A DNA stretch of 64,000 nucleotides from the human T2T-CHM13v2.0 reference genome, Homo sapiens: the NCBI RefSeq assembly GCF_009914755.1, contig NC_060944.1; one strand, written 5' to 3'. The notes under the pieces were generated by a model. It saw only the letters and a program-made list of their open reading frames with translations. It was not told the origin of the DNA and made no database searches. This document shows, one piece after another, positions 29,352-44,899 of the stretch; positions within the stretch are counted from its first letter, which is position 1; each line of letters begins with the position of its first letter. The position numbers and the translations under genes were made by a program.

Positions 29352-30190
29352 GGCCGGTGCAGTGGCTCACACCTCTCATCCCAGTTCTTTGGGAGGCCGA
29401 GGCCAGCGGATCACGAAGTCAGGAGATCAAGACCATCCTGGCCAACACAGTGAAACCCCGTCTCTTCAAATATACAAAGAATTAGCCAGGTGAGGCCAGG
29501 CTCTGGCTCATGCCTGTAATTCCACACTTTGGGAGGCTGAGGAGGGTGGATCACCTAAGGTCAGGAGTTCGAGACCAGTCTGCCCAACATGGTGAAACCC
29601 TGTTTCTACTAAAAATACAAAAAATTAGCAGGTTGTTGTGTCAGGCACCTGTAATCCCAGCTACTCGGGAGGTTGAGGCAGAAGAATCACTTCAACCCAG
29701 GAGGCGGAGGTTGCATTGAGCTGAGATCATGCCACTGCACCGTCCGGCCTGGGGACAAGAGTGAAACTCTGTCAAAAAAAAAAAAAAACAAAACTGGTCT
29801 ATACTAAAAATACAAAAATTAGACCCTGAAGGTCATGTCCAAATGAGAAAGACATTGTTTGGCTCAAATTGTCTGACACTAAGGAATAGTGCAGACTGGA
29901 CAAATGAGGTGACTGACACCTGTAATCCCAGCACTTTGGGAGGCCGAGGCCGGTAGATCACCTGAGGTCAGGAGTTGGAGACCAGCCTGACCAACATCGT
30001 GAAACTCCATCTCTACTAAAAAAAAATACATGAAAATTAGCCGGCTATGGTGGTGCATGCCTGTGTATCCCAGCTACTCAGGAGTCTGAGGCAGGAGACT
30101 TACTTGAAACTGGGTGGCAGGGGTTGCGGTGAGTGGGGATCACACCACTGCACTACAGCCTGGGCAACAAGAGTGAAACTCTGTCTCAGA
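29352..30190 (+). mobile_element. Alu cluster: left arm 29352-29492, AluS 29494-29790, AluS ~29915-30190; (TATG)n at 30222-30260
   Basis: Three consecutive sense Alu segments. Confidence 0.88.
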
Positions 30191-30769
30191 AAACAGAATA
30201 GTGCAGAGTAAGAGCAGATTTATATATGCATGTATGTATGTATGTATGTATGTATGTATTTATTTTCAGAGAAGCAGGGAATCTGGAATTTTGGGTGAAA
30301 TGTCTGTTTCCAGAAGGTGAAAATGCTCTCAAATGGAAAATTCAGGTTAGCCTATATCAAGCTTCTCCTTGTTCTATGTGTGAAGACCATGGGACAGAGG
30401 GAGCAGCTTGAGCCAAGTCAGGATGGTAGGATGGGACAGGTGGCCAGGGCTGCTGCACTGGGAACCCTGGTGGAGGATTTGGCTGGAAATGCAGGTGGGA
30501 CCAGACCATGAAGACTCTCAAACACAGACCTGAGGACTCTGAGCTTTATCCTGGGGGCGGCAAGAAGCCATGTTAGGTGAAGGAACAAGGCTGTTTCTCC
30601 CACAGCACTAGTGCAAGGAAAGGCCAGGGAGGCCCTCAGTGGAAGCTTGCTGCTGGATTTGTTGATGTGCCTTTTCTCCTGCCTGCACTGGGGTCAGAAT
30701 GGCCTGGGGTACTGCACACTTCCTACCAGGAATAGAAGGCGCCAGAGCTATAGCACTTCTCTTCCCTTT

Positions 30770-30900
30770 AGTTCTTTGGAAGGATGAGCAAATTATTCAC
30801 CCTCTCTGAGCCTCAGTTTCCTCATCCATAAAATGATGACAGTACACCAACCTCGCAGGTCACAAGGATGTTATGAAATCAGGTGAGCACAGCATAGCAG
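30770..30900. mobile_element. MIR SINE
   Basis: ctctctgagcctcagtttcctcatccataaaatg. Confidence 0.7.
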
Positions 30901-31419
30901 TTGTATTTTTGGGTCCTATTATTACATGTGAACTAAGTTGCCTTGTAGAAAAGGCACAGGCTCAGGGGACCTGTGTTTCAATCCCACTATGCCCCTGTAA
31001 TGCCCACCTCTCAGGGATGATGGAAAGATTAAGTTCAAGGAGACGATGCTTGTGCAGCATCTGATACCCAGCAGATACCTAAGAACCTAACCTACCACCC
31101 CCCTGAGCAAGCACAACAGTCCTGCTCCTCCTGCAAGTACTGGGGATGCTGCCTCCCACCCGCCTTAGAACACTGCTCCTCCTCCCTCTCTGCAGGAGGC
31201 ATTTTGTAGGCCTCAGTTGCTGGGCTTGCTGTCCTCTCACCTGCCTCTCAGCATGGGGCTCAGAGCACACATTCTTCACCTTTGCAAGAAGCTTCTCTAG
31301 GCATCCCTGCCCCCAGGCTTGCTGAGTGCATTCACCTATTGTCTTATTTATAATCCAGACAGAGTTACTCCCTACTGTGTAGATGATGAAATGGGGACCT
31401 AGAAAGGGAAGGAAAGACC

Positions 31420-31620
31420 AACACTTTGAGCACCTGCAATGTGCCTGAGGCAATGTACGCATTAGCTCTGCTTCACAGCAGCCCAAGAGGGAGGTATTAT
31501 TCTTCCCCTGTGTAAATGTGGGTGTTGAGGCTCAGAGAAGGGCAGTGACTTGTCCAAGGTCACATAGCAAGCAACCGTCAGTGGCTGAGGGCTAACCCAG
31601 GTCTTTCTGACTTCAGAGTG
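31420..31620. mobile_element. MIR SINE
   Basis: tgaggctcagagaagggcagtgacttgtccaaggtcacatagc. Confidence 0.7.
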
Positions 31621-33429
31621 TGGGATTTAGAACAAACATTTGCAACGTGAGATTGACAGATCCATCCCCCAGTGCTGTTCCAAAGACCAGATGGGGTCGT
31701 AAGTGTGTGAGTACCTGATATGGTGCCCAAGGACTGGGAGTAGAAGCAGAATCCCATCCACCTCCACCTAATCATACAGAGAAAGGAGACAGGAGCCCAG
31801 GGAGGGCAGTGCTGTGCCCAAGCTGTCAGCAAGCAGTAGGCAGAGCCCAGGCCCCTGCTTTCCCATGCCCACCCCTTCCCAGTTCAGGGCAAGGCCACCT
31901 CTCCAGGCCCTTTCCCTCCCCTAGAGAGGAAACTCCCCAAGTTCCTCTGACCAGACAGGAGAGCGAATGAGAGCAGAAAATTCCACTTCGGCACACACAC
32001 CTGGAGCCTGAAGCTGAAAGCTGGAATCCCAGACTTTGACACTCAAGAAGGCACCTCCACACTCTTTCAGCACCTCCACCTGGGACCTTCATGAGCACCT
32101 TGCTTCCCTCCCAGGGGAGAGGGGTGTCCCAGAGACACTGGGGCCCTTAGAAGGCACTATGAGTTGGCAGTGACTGCAGCAGCGTGGTGGGATTGCGGGT
32201 GGTGTAGGAAGCAGGGGAAGCAGATCACAGCACTCAGGATGGCCAGAGCTGAAGGCATCAGAGTCCCCTGCCCTTGCTCTGCAAAAAAAAAAACCCATGG
32301 CATATTCCCCTCCCACTCCACACCTCCCACGGTCAGCAGTAGGCCCCAGAGGAGGAGCAGCGAGGCCTCAGGAGGACAGCAGCCACTGCTGGCAAGACGT
32401 TGGTGTTCTCCTGTTGAACTGCACAGGTTGTCAGCATCAGACAAGGTCGCTCTGTGACCATGATGGGTCAAGACAAAGCAAGGTCACTTGGTAGCTATCA
32501 TGGCTCAGCTCATGCAAAATATGGACAAAAATGACCTCATACCCCCTCCCCTGTGTCTATGTCTTCACCACTACCTCTTTGTCAATTGCAGCGTTAGCTT
32601 TGTTTTTGTCTTCCTTCCTTCTAGGTAAGATTGGGGAAGATGCCAGGTGATAGAATCCACCCTGCCTCTGACAGCATCCAATCTGGAGCAAAGGCTTATT
32701 TCAACCCTCCCCCAAGCTCCCAATACAAGCCCAAATTCTGGAACAGGTCCTTTCCAACACCTCCTTCAGAGAAGCTCCCTGGCTCCAGGCAGTGCTTGCT
32801 CCCCTCACTGCAGCAGGAAGCCTAACTTGCGAACTGCAGGTGTGTTCCAGGTGGTCACTGGATGCAAGGCATTGACAGATGGATCCCATCGATACCCCCA
32901 CTGCAAAACCATGTAAGCATATCATCCCCCACTTGCACATGAGGAAACGGAGGCCCACAGGGTGGGGAAGGGAAGACATAATTTGTCCTTCAAATGCGAT
33001 ACCGGTGAGATGTGAGAGGCAGCACCCCTCATAACTCTTCGAGGCAGTGGGCACACCAGGACCCTTCCAGGCAGATCGGGTACGTGGTCATCCGCCCATT
33101 GCATAGCATGTGTGGGAGTTGGGGAGACCAGACATGGGTCTCGCCACCTCTCCACTGGCCCGACCTCCCTGCAGGCCCCCAGGACAGGGTTAGCATCTGC
33201 TTGCTGGCAGGCCTGGCCACCAGAGATTTTTTCTTATGTCTAAGGTCCCTGTAGTTGTGGTTCACAGGATGGGGGCTGCTCCTGAGATTCAGCACCACAC
33301 AGGCACTGCACAGCACTGTGCCATGGTGGTGGGCACTCGCTTTCCAGATAGGGCCCATGTTGCCAGCAGGCATGATGCATCATTTACCCTACCTTGAGTG
33401 CAATATGTGGTTTTATAGAAAAAAACTTG

Positions 33430-33795
<366 letters not shown>

Positions 33796-35670
33796 TTAGC
33801 CATTGGTCTGACACTCATTCTGATGGGGTGACATGTGTCCCTGCCTTAGTCAGCAGAGCACAGGAGTGTGCTACACCTCCCCTCATCTGAAGATTCAGCC
33901 CATGAGCAGGAACGCCTGTCTTTGTGTCATACCAACAGAGAGGATGTGTCTGGTTTCACCATTCACTGCAGAGGCAGAAATTACCCAGAAAGAAGAGACA
34001 GTCTGTTCCTGGGAGTGTGTCCTTTTGACCCAGCATGGGGGTCATCTCCCTTCCTTGGCCAGGACCCCCAACCTGAACACAGAGGTAGAGAACATGTGAA
34101 GGGCTCCCATTCCCAGGTGGTCCAGGGTGCAAGCTCTGAGCCTGTGGTCCTGGTCACTGCCCTTTTCTCCACAGCATGGCAGTCACCATCCTGGGCTGGG
34201 GTACAGAGGGGCTTTGCAGAGATCAGCATAACAAAAGCATCACTGAGATGCTGCAATAGGAAACCGTGATACCTTCGTGGGCTGCCAAGGCAGCCTAAGC
34301 TATTTGTTGCTGCACTCAGTGTCCCCAGACAGCTGTGTGGCTGTCACTGCCTCTGGTGTGTCCATTTTACTTCTCTTCTCCTGCCTCAGCTTCTGCTCTG
34401 AACTCTGTCTCTAACTTACAAGAAATCAAGCTCACTGGATTCTGAGCTCTTCGGGGTCAAGGACTGTGTCAGTAGTTCATGTCTCTTTCTAGAGATCACA
34501 GCTTAGTATCTGGCACAGAGCAGATACTCAGCCAATGCCAAATGATTCATTTGCCAGAAGGCTGAATTTCATCCATAATCCTAGTCAATGCAAATACATT
34601 TTGCCGGTGGGGTGTGTTTGTCCTCTGAAGGCGTTTTCCCAGGCTTTGTAAATACATACAGGCCATTTAGAAATTTGAATGTCAAAGAGTAAAGGAGCTT
34701 AGAAAGTAAGCATTGGAGAAGTGTGGGAGGGTGGTATTATTTACAAAACATTCCTGGGTCCTTGTGAGTTCTATACACCCTTGATGAGCACTGATTCTGG
34801 GCCAGGCCAGACACCCAGCTGGACCCAGGAGATACTGAGGTGAGTAAAGCCAAAATGCCTCCATTCAGCAGGAGGCGGGCAGTCACACCAAAGTGATAAA
34901 GGCACAAAATGCAGAGGCAGCAGAGGAGCAATGACTACCTTGTTCCAGGACTCTGTGACCTCAGGGAGAGCTTTCAGAGGAGGACATCTGTGCAAGGCTT
35001 GGAAGGATGAACACAAATTTGCCTAGCAGAAAAGGGAGCCAAGCAAATCCTGATGGAGAACAGCTTGGGTGAGAGTGTGAGCCACAGGATTGAGGGGCTC
35101 AGGCATGTAACTGGAGGAGCAGAAAGAATGAGGGGAGATAAAGTTGGGAGGTCAGCAGAGGTCAGTCACAGAAGGTTTTGAATCCTGGTGAGGGAGCAAT
35201 GGGTGCTGCACAAGGGACATGGGCCTGGAGGAGATGCAGTTAGCTCTGAGTGAAGATGGAGCATGCCATCCACCAGGGAACCACAAGATACAATAGAAAT
35301 AAGAACCCTGAGAAGCCTGCACAAAGAATGAGGGGCTCAGGGGTAGCACCAAGAAGGTCCCTGTCAGAGACCAGCTTTGAACGGAGACAGAAAAGACTCT
35401 TGAGGGCCTCAGCTGCTGCAAACCTCCTCAATAAATCATATTTTACCTTCCAATATTTGCTAAAGAATACTAACTATTGGAAGAGCAATGGCCCATTGAT
35501 AATAATTATTCCCTCAATGTACATTTTTTACAATTCTCAAAATGCTCTCGGTCCAGTCTCTCATTGGAACCCCCATAAAATCCCATTTTACAAATAGGGA
35601 AATGAGGCCCTGTGATGTCACACCGAGGTTTGCAGCAGTTCCAGGATAGAAAATAGGAAGCACTTTCATC

Positions 35671-36062
35671 TCAGCCCTGGGTATAAGTCTCAAAATTCCT
35701 TTTCGGGGAGGGGGTCCTTGAGGCCATCCAGCAGCCCATAGTCCAAGTCTTTTTCTTCCTCCTTGGGCTTCTCCACACCTGTATCCAAAGCTTCCTTCTC
35801 CTCCTTTGTTCTCAGGTACCACTACCAGTTGTTGGGCAGGGAGACCTCCTGCTGCTGCCCATCCTATGTTGCATCCTCCAACATGGGTGCACTGTGGTTC
35901 AGCCAGCACCTATACCACCTGCAGCCCAGGGCTCCTGTGGTGGGCCTGAGGTTCCTCCCTATCAAATGGAGATATGCTGGGGTTGCTGCCTTTGCTGAAG
36001 CCCATGTCCAGGTCATCTTGGGGGTGGCCAAGGTTACAGGGTCCTGGGGACAGGCCAGAGGG
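35671..36062 (-). pseudogene. BSND: Barttin (BSND) pseudogene, last coding exon
   Basis: Splice acceptor ttttgctcctgcag, then PLACPQDPVTLAT, a frameshift, QDDLDMGFSKGSNPSISPFDREE ... [55 protein letters not shown]. Barttin reads [37 protein letters not shown]...[29 protein letters not shown]. Confidence 0.9.
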
Positions 36063-36839
36063 CTGCAGGAGCAAAAACCAAGAGGATGAGGGGATCTCTG
36101 GGTCAGACCGCCTGGATCCACATCCCAGAGACTAGCTGCAAGGCCTGAGGAAGAATGGTTCACTTCTCTGGGTGTCAGTTTCCTCCCCTGTAAAGTGGGA
36201 GGTATAACAGATTCACTCCTACAGTTGTCTCTGAGCTTTATAGCAGGTAATGTGTGCAAAGTACTTCCCATAAGGCCTGGCACATGGTAGGTGATAATAA
36301 ATAATAAACAGGGTTACTATGATATCATCATCTGAGCTAGGTCACTCATGCACCTCTCCAATGCTTCAGGGTGCCCCTCCATCCCTCACAGGGTAGCAGC
36401 AAGTGAAAGGGATCCCCCTGGCCTTGAGGAGCTCACATCTACTTATTTCCCAGGGGTCTCTGTCCAGTGCCCACACATGCCTGGCATGTAGTAGGTGCCT
36501 CATCCACATCTGGTGAAAGAGTGGAAAGCAGGTCATTATCATGTATTGTTTGGCACAGAATCTGCAGTAGGGGACAGAGAAGTGAGTGACTGTAGTTGTG
36601 CCCACCAGTTCCTGTCCCTGAACTTTCAGGGATCAAGAGGCCTTAGCAAGTCTAGTACCAGGGAGTGGGCACTGTGTGGTGGAGCAGGAGGCAGGTCTTA
36701 AGAAAGGCAGTGGGGTGAGGAGAGGAGATCTGCCTTTGAGGTCTGGGAGATCCTCTACCAGGACCTCAACAAAGGCCCCAGGAAGGTCATCCCTCCTCCC
36801 AGAATCTCTCTATACTCTTCTATATAATGGGGCTAGCCT

Positions 36840-37330
36840 GGAAGAGATACTTGCACAACCATGTTCAGAGCAGCATCATCCACAATAACCAAAAGGTGGA
36901 AGCAACCCAAGTGTCCGTGGATGGATGGACGGATCAACAAAATGCTGTCTATGCATACAGTGGAATAGTGTTCAGCCTTGAAAAGGCAGGAGATTCTGAC
37001 ACCTGCAGTGTCAAGAATGAACCTTGAGGACATTAGGCTGAGCAAAATAAGCCAGACCAAAAAGACAAATGTTGTATTATTCCACTTTTCTAAGGCACCT
37101 AGAGTCATCAAATCTATAGAGACAGACTGGACAATGGTGGCTACCAGGTCCTGGGGAGGGTGGTGATTGGGGAGTTGTTTTTAAATGAGTTACAGAATTG
37201 TAGTTTTACAAGATGAAAAGCATTCTGGAAATTGGTTGCACAACATTGCGAATGTATTTAATGCCACTGAAATGTAAATTTAAACATAGCTAGACAGTAA
37301 ATTTTAGTTTATTTTACCAGAATTTTTATA
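36840..37330 (+). mobile_element. L1MA/L1MB 3' fragment
   Basis: aggtggaagcaacccaagtgtcc ... atgaaccttgaggacattaggctgagcaaaataagccag. Confidence 0.85.
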
Positions 37331-37719
37331 ATGGGGTAGTTATGCCTGTCTCCTTGTGTTGCTGTAGGATTTCATGAGATAACATATAAGGAACCACCCA
37401 GCATGTTGCCTGGCACATAGTAACTACTGTATTATACTGGGTTCATAAATAGCACTCCCCCTTTTCCCTTCCCACAGAGTGCAGTGAATAGAAGACACTT
37501 CTCTGCACCCCAAAAGCTCCATGCTGATTGTGAGAAGGAAATGCTGGATGGAGGGGTTCCTGGAACTACTGTGAGGGGTGAGCTTTCTCCAGATGTCTAG
37601 AAATGAGGCAGGGACCCTACATCTTCCACCCCCACTAAGGTTACCTTGCAGTTCCCAGCTGGCTCTATACTTCCTGGAAACTGCCACTTTTCTGCCTCCA
37701 TTACCTCATAGCCCTGTCA

Positions 37720-38115
37720 GCACCATTATCTTCATCACCATGATCGCCATCACCATCCTTACAATCACCAACACTATCATCATCGCCATCACCATTCTTA
37801 CCCTCGCCATTCTCACCATCATTATCATCATTACTATCACTATCATCGTCACTATCACCATTCTCACCATCATCCTCATCATCATCACCATTATCCTTAC
37901 CATAACTATCACTATTATCATCACCACCTTTGCCATCACCATCCTTATCATCACGATCACAATCACCACCATCACCTTTCTCACCATCACCTTGTTCACC
38001 TTTACCATTCTCACCATCATCATCACCTTCATCATCCTCAACATAACTATCACTTCATTATCACCACCTCCACCTTCACCATCACCATCCTCACCATCAT
38101 CATCACCACCATCAC
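37720..38115. repeat. Degenerate (CAT/CAC)n low-complexity repeat, copy A
   Basis: accatcatc-type array; source of the Ile/Thr- and Met/Val-rich spurious ORFs. Confidence 0.95.
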
Positions 38116-38124
38116 AAGGATCCT

Positions 38125-38720
38125 TGCTACATGAAACCATGCATTCTGGGTAGCAGGGCTCTTGGGTCAGGGCTTCTAACACATCTTGTAGGATAGAAAC
38201 CCAGCCCCTCAGGGTCTCACAGTTGGTGAAGTAACTGATTCTTGTGAGGTCATATTCCTCTGGGTGATGTGGGATGTCACAAGACCAATAAATATGGGCT
38301 GAAGCCCATCGCATCACTTCTTTTCTTGTAAAATAAGCTCCATCATCAGTAGTAATTGTATGATAGCAGAGAATAAGAACTCAGCAAATGTAAATAATTT
38401 GATGCTATCAGAAGCATATGAAGTGGAGTCCATATTCTGATATGCATCTATTCCAGTGAGGGCAATTCTTTACCACTTCCATGAAGGAAGGGAAAAAATA
38501 TTATTACCACATTACCAGAAATCTGTCTGGTCTAGGCAAGGCAGTTCCTCTATCCAGGGTCTCATTATTGCTCATTGTCGGCCGTCAGGGCACTCATCTG
38601 GGCAGTAGGCAGCACTGCTGCAGGGAAGTTCACGTTATTGGAAACATGTAGCATCTTCTCCTGCTACCATCGCCACATTGTCCATGAACCCACTGGGCAA
38701 ATGATGAGGAATCTGGGAAA
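38125..38720 (-). mobile_element. ERVL-class (HERV16/HERVL-like) pol integrase fragment
   Basis: RWASAHIYWSCDIPHHPEE...TLRGWVSILQDVLEALTQEP resembles ERVL integrase W.YHVPHHPEA...TLQGWG.VLQ.AVYALNQRP. Confidence 0.7.
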
Positions 38721-39269
38721 AGATCTCATAACCAGAATATAATCATCCACATCAGGATATCAGCATTCACCCAACACTACTGTCCAATCAACAGACGCTA
38801 TAATCTCACCCAAATTTTCTCAGTTGTGCCCTAAATACAGTATTTTTGAACTTTGTAATCCAGGATCCAATCCAGGATTTCCCATTGCATTAATTGTCAT
38901 GTCTCCTAAGCTCTTTCAACTTCAAAGAGTTCCTCTTTTTTTCCCTATTTTTCATAACCTTAAGAGTTTTAAGAGCATAAGCATTTATGAAGGATGTGTT
39001 CACCTTTTTCCATCTGATGTGTTTCCACATCCAGACTTAGGTCATGTATCTTTCACAAGAAAATCACAGAAATAATGCTGTGGTCTTCCTAGGACATCCC
39101 AGCAGGAGGCACATGATCAAGTTTGTGCCAGATTTGTCCACCACAAAGTCATCATTCTTCCAATTGTAATTGAGAAGTATTTCATATGAAGATATTAATT
39201 ACACATACACATGAATGCATATTTATATGTAACATACATACAAAATATTATTTCAATGTCTAAGCAATA

Positions 39270-39425
39270 TAAAAGTTATTAATTAGATATGTTTAATTTT
39301 ATTTCCTACTAAGTCTTCAAAATCTGGTGTGTGTTTTACCCTGACAGCACATCTCAGTCCAGCCTAGCCACATTTCAAGTGTTCAATATTCACATGGCTG
39401 TGGCTACCATATTTGTTAGGGCAGC
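39270..39425. mobile_element. MER3/MER33-like hAT DNA transposon fragment
   Basis: cacatttcaagtgttcaata..cacatggctgtggctaccatatt. Confidence 0.7.
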
Positions 39426-40689
39426 ACTAAAGCACTAAAGAACTTCTTCCTTGGAGAAGTTCTAAGCTTTCAAAATGTTTGGCAAATACATTTTATAAAA
39501 TTCTTCAGAATCCATAAATAGGCAATTACACATTTAGTAAGCCATAGAATCCAACATGGCATTAAAAATGAATCCCTCGACAAAAAAGAAGGTAGGCAAC
39601 ATTTTCTTCAGACCAAATGGACAAATCAATTATGATTACCTCACATGCCCATTATTATTTATTAACATCTTTCATTAATACCCCCAAACCCCATCAACAG
39701 GTAAATGAATAAATGCATTGAGGCCTATCTGAACAATGTCCCAATTCCTTACCATTCTTACTTCTTTTGCAAGCAGAAAAGACTCAGTATTAGCAAAGAC
39801 TATTCAGATAGTTTGTTCTTATGCCAGTAGTTGTAATTTTCTGGAGGTCTATGTGATATCAATTATGTACTTCAATACCTCTCACAAGTACTTTTCCTGT
39901 TTGGCCATTTTCTGCAGTATATCCCTGTTCCTATTTTCTCTATTCTTTTATTTCTATCCTAGACTTTTCTTTTATCCTATAATTCTTTATCCTAAAAATA
40001 TTAATTTAAGGATAACGTCACAAAATATTATATTTCTTCAGATGATACTCCAAATTGATACTTAATATACAGAAATGACTATCATGGACATAACCCACAA
40101 CATGTGAAATGTATGGCTCATTCTACTGACATTATACAGGAAAGTTAATGACAACTGAATTTCTAGTCATTTTCCACCCAACAAGTTGCTTATAAAATGT
40201 CAAGGAATTGTAGGTATGTACACAGTGGCTATTTTTGGGTGGGGTGTTCAGCAACTCTCCTCTTGAGAGCCCCCCTTTTCTTTGAGGACCATTTCAATGA
40301 GAACCAACTAAGCTTGACCCAACCTACCAGCCCCAGCCCTAGAGGTGATCATGATGCCCAGCTCTGGTGAAAGACTCTACCCTTGGATCATAGCAACTGT
40401 TTCAGTACTTTTTTTTTGGAATCATCAGGAAGGACTCTTGCTTTTTCTAGCACTGTGGTCTGTGAGGACAAAGTAAGTGTGTTATTTGTAGCACTATCTC
40501 TTGCTACAGAGAGGGAAGAGAGTCATCTTCAGAAGGAAAAAATGAGGCTAAAACAAAAGGAAAAGTGTCAAGAGAAAGAAGGAGAACATTTCTTGATGAT
40601 TTTATATAAGCCCCTGGGTCCAGCTATGCATGACAGCAACTTGGGTTAAAGCTCTGTCGCTTATGGGACCATTGACTTAAATATAAAAT

Positions 40690-41725
40690 AAAGTATTAAA
40701 AGCTATGAACTTTTAGATGAAAATACAGAAAAAAAATCTTTGTAATATTCAGTTAATCAAAAATGTCTTAGATGAAGCCCCAAAAACCAAATGCACAAGA
40801 ACAATTAATAAATTGGACCCCATCAAAATTAAGAGCATCTGCTATTTGAAAGATAGTGTTATGAGAACAAAAAAGAAAACTCAAGGGGAAAATACTGGCA
40901 AGTCTCATATCTAATAAGGGATTTGAATCCAGAGTATATAAAGAAACTATTAAAATTTAATAATGAGAAAGTAAGCAAAGAAAAAAACAAAAAAGGAAGA
41001 AGCAAAATAAATGTGAACATACACTTTACCAAATATATACAGATGGCATGTAAGTACATAGATACTAAATATTATTAGGCATTATGGAACCACAATAAAA
41101 TACTATTGTACAAACAGGAAAATGTCTAAAATTTTAAAAGAAGGCCCATACAAAGTGTTGGCAAGAGTGTGGAATTCTTATATACTGCTGATAAAAATAT
41201 AAAATGGTACAACCATTTTGGCAAACATTTTGACAGTCTCTTAAAACTAAACCTAAACCTATTAATTATTACACTCCTAATGTTTACTCAAAGTTAGAAG
41301 AACTTATATACATGAATGTTCATTGCAAATGTATTTGCATAAGTCCAAAACCGGAAGCAATGCAAAAACCCATCAACAGGCAAATGTATATATAAGTTGT
41401 GACCGATCTGCACAATAGAATACTACTCAGTCATAAAATTAATGGCCTATTGATGCCTGCAATATAGCTGAATCTCAAAATAATTATGCTGTGTGAAAGA
41501 TGCCAGACCCCTCCTAAAAAGGGTCCATACTACACTTCATTTGTATAAATGTCTAGACAAGGCAAACTATTTTATAGTGACAGATTGGTGATTGCCAGGG
41601 AGAGTGGTAAGGTAGGAAGATAGAAAAAGTTTGGGATTATAAAAGGGCAAGGGGAAACTTTTATGAGTGCTGGATATGTTCATTATTTTTATTTTGGTGA
41701 TGGATTTGCAAGTATACATAAAAAA
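40690..41725 (+). mobile_element. Old L1M 3' region
   Basis: ataaattggaccccatcaaaattaag; aaaatggtacaaccattttggcaaaca; gaatctcaaaataattatgctgtgtgaaag. Confidence 0.75.
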
Positions 41726-42049
41726 TAACACGCAATGGAAGTAGAAACAGTAATTTTGTTTCTTTCTTAAAAAAGCACAATTTACTTACTAATGGGATGT
41801 GTGTGCCTGTTGGGCACACAGCACAACTTTTCAAATCTTAAAATCGGACTGGATCTCAACCACTGGACCTTATTCCTATTCCACACTGACTTTAGCACAA
41901 TACTTGCTTTTATCGCGGTAATTAACACCACCCACCTTAAAGGTAAAGAAATGCACTTCTAACTAACTACTTTTGAAACTCTGAACTGCCTCAGGCTAGT
42001 AGTTCTTAAGGTCTCCAGCAAATGTTGCTTCGTTTCTCTCAAAAATATA

Positions 42050-42248
42050 CAGCCTGGGCAACATGGCAAAACCCCATCTCTACTACAATTAGAAAACTTA
42101 GCCAGGCATAGTGGTGCATGCCTGTTGTCCCAGCTACTCAGGGAGGCAGAGGCTGCAGTGAGCGTAGACCTCACCACTCCACTCCAGCCTGGGGGACAGA
42201 GTGAGACCCCCATCTCGAATACACACACACACATACACAGACTCACAC
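42050..42248 (+). mobile_element. Truncated Alu plus (CA)n
   Basis: agcctgggcaacatggcaaaacccc ... gacagagtgagacccc, then (CA)n. Confidence 0.8.
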
Positions 42249-42439
42249 GCTATCCACTGGTGCCCCTGTCAGTTAAACACAGCATCTCAGGGCACCTTAG
42301 CACACAGTGTGAGAGCCGTGGTCCTAAACACTTCAATTAAAAGTGAAACATCTCTGGCTGGATTTTTAGAATATTTACTTTTTAATGTTTTATATTATAT
42401 TTACTTTTATGTTTTAATTAATTTATCTGAATACATGAA

Positions 42440-42900
42440 TCCAGACATTTGGAAGTAAAACAATGGAAAACATGCCTGCAAACACTAATCAGCACAAAGC
42501 TCATGTTGCTATGTTATTATTGCCAGTTTAGACTTAAGCCAAGAAATATTGCTAAGATAAAAAAGATTTTACGATGTCAGTCACTAGAAAAGTATGCCAA
42601 TTTTAAATATGTATAAATATAAAATATCCCTTCAAGTTATTTAATACAGAAACTGATATAACTAAAAGAAAAATGGACTAATCTACAATATAGATTTTAA
42701 CATACCTTTCAATTACCGATGGAACCAAGAGAAAAAAATCCATAAGAGAAAGGGAGATTGGATGAACACAATGAACAAACTTGACATAAACTGACATATA
42801 CAGAACGTGACACTCAACAACTACTGAATACACATCCTTTTCCAGTGCACGTATCATATTTACCAACATAGATTATATGTCAGAATTTAAAGGGACTCAT
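42440..42900 (+). mobile_element. Old L1M ORF2 endonuclease-region fragment
   Basis: aaacttgacataaactgacatatacagaac ... atatttaccaacatagattatatg. Confidence 0.6.
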
Positions 42901-43901
42901 CAGAGTATTCAGTCGTGGGATTTTGCCTAAACTTGTCTGGCCTTCAACAGGGTTCAAATACAGTTAAATTCTTATTTCATCTAAAGAGTCCTATCCTTTT
43001 TTTTGGAAATTTTACCGCAACAATCTAAATTTGCATAACAACTGAACCCAGCCCTTGGAACTTGAAGTTTATTCTAGCCAAAGGCAGATTAAACTGTCTA
43101 AGTAGTAATGTCCTTCAAATTGTTGTCCCCTGCTCCAGTAACGGAGTATAGCTCCAAGAAGCTAATAGACTGTTTGTACTTCATACTATACATTCTATGT
43201 TACATCAAAACACGGTATAAAGCCTTGAAATCAGCAGCAGAGAGAAAATGAGATCAACAACCATCTAGCTGTGACCTCACTACTTAGTAATTACGCTTTT
43301 AGCTGACTCCTTTACTTGATTCCTAACTGCTTATTTCTGGCAGGGTAGCACTAATCCCTGACCAAGCTGACCTTTTAAGAAGTGAGCAGAACGAAAAGGC
43401 TCTACCACCAGTGATCAGTTTAACAAGCTGCAACACTAATCACTGGCTGCAACTCTAGTCACTGGCTGCAACTCATATTGTGGGTTTTAAGAGCTCAGAA
43501 TTAACATGGAAATACTATTGACTCCAAAAGAAACTCAGAAATCTCTGGGAATCCAGCAAAGATAGAAAGGGTCCTCTCAATAGTCACCACTCACACTTTG
43601 CTTTGTTTTGGTAACTATTTTTATTACATACGGAGAATATCAAAAAAGTATGCCTTTTCCTCATTGTGAATGCTAACCCTAAAATGGTAAGGCCCTTGCA
43701 GGTTGAAACCCCCAGGCTCTCACTGGCCCTTCAACAGAAGGCAGTGAAGTCACCTGCAAGAGTGATCACCCAAAAGCTTCCAGGCTGGACGAGTTGGGAC
43801 TCAGTTGCCAAATTCACAGTTCTCTTGGGACACGGTTATTTATGGAGCTCCTGAAGATGAGAAATTCCACCCAGGAAATTCTGGTTATAAAAATTATTCA
43901 C

Positions 43902-44208
<307 letters not shown>

Positions 44209-44414
44209 TTATCTCAGGAGACATCAACACAGCAATGTTGAAAATTTCCCATTAATTGTTAATCCATGGAGAAAAACTGGACAATTATTTTTTAAAATAT
44301 GAAAAGCTTCATATAATACAAATTATACTCCCACATGTGATTCAATTTCTATTTATTAATGGCAGAGAAGTTAATAATTACGAATTGCCAGTGGTTAAAA
44401 AAAATAAATCATTC

Positions 44415-44721
<307 letters not shown>

Positions 44722-44899
44722 AAAATAAATCATTCATCGTTGGAGACGTGCAGAAGGTTTAAAAGAGGTAAGAATTAGTTTTTGGGTTTGGGGCGTTTTA
44801 CGCTTTCCAAAAGGTTTTGCTCTTTTTTTTTGCTCATGGCTTTCTCTCTCTCTCTCTCTTTCTTTCTGATTTCAGTTTCTTTTGATTTCTCCTGCTTAG

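Noticed and set aside
33020-33385. Cys-containing minus-strand reading suggestive of a receptor exon
   Set aside because: No convincing family motif, in-frame stops and no clear splice boundaries; I could not assign it.
37578-38317. 191-aa and 203-aa ORFs resembling hydrophobic membrane proteins (also 58070-58772)
   Set aside because: They are translations of (CAT/CAC)n repeats; the only non-repeat part is an ERVL integrase relic.
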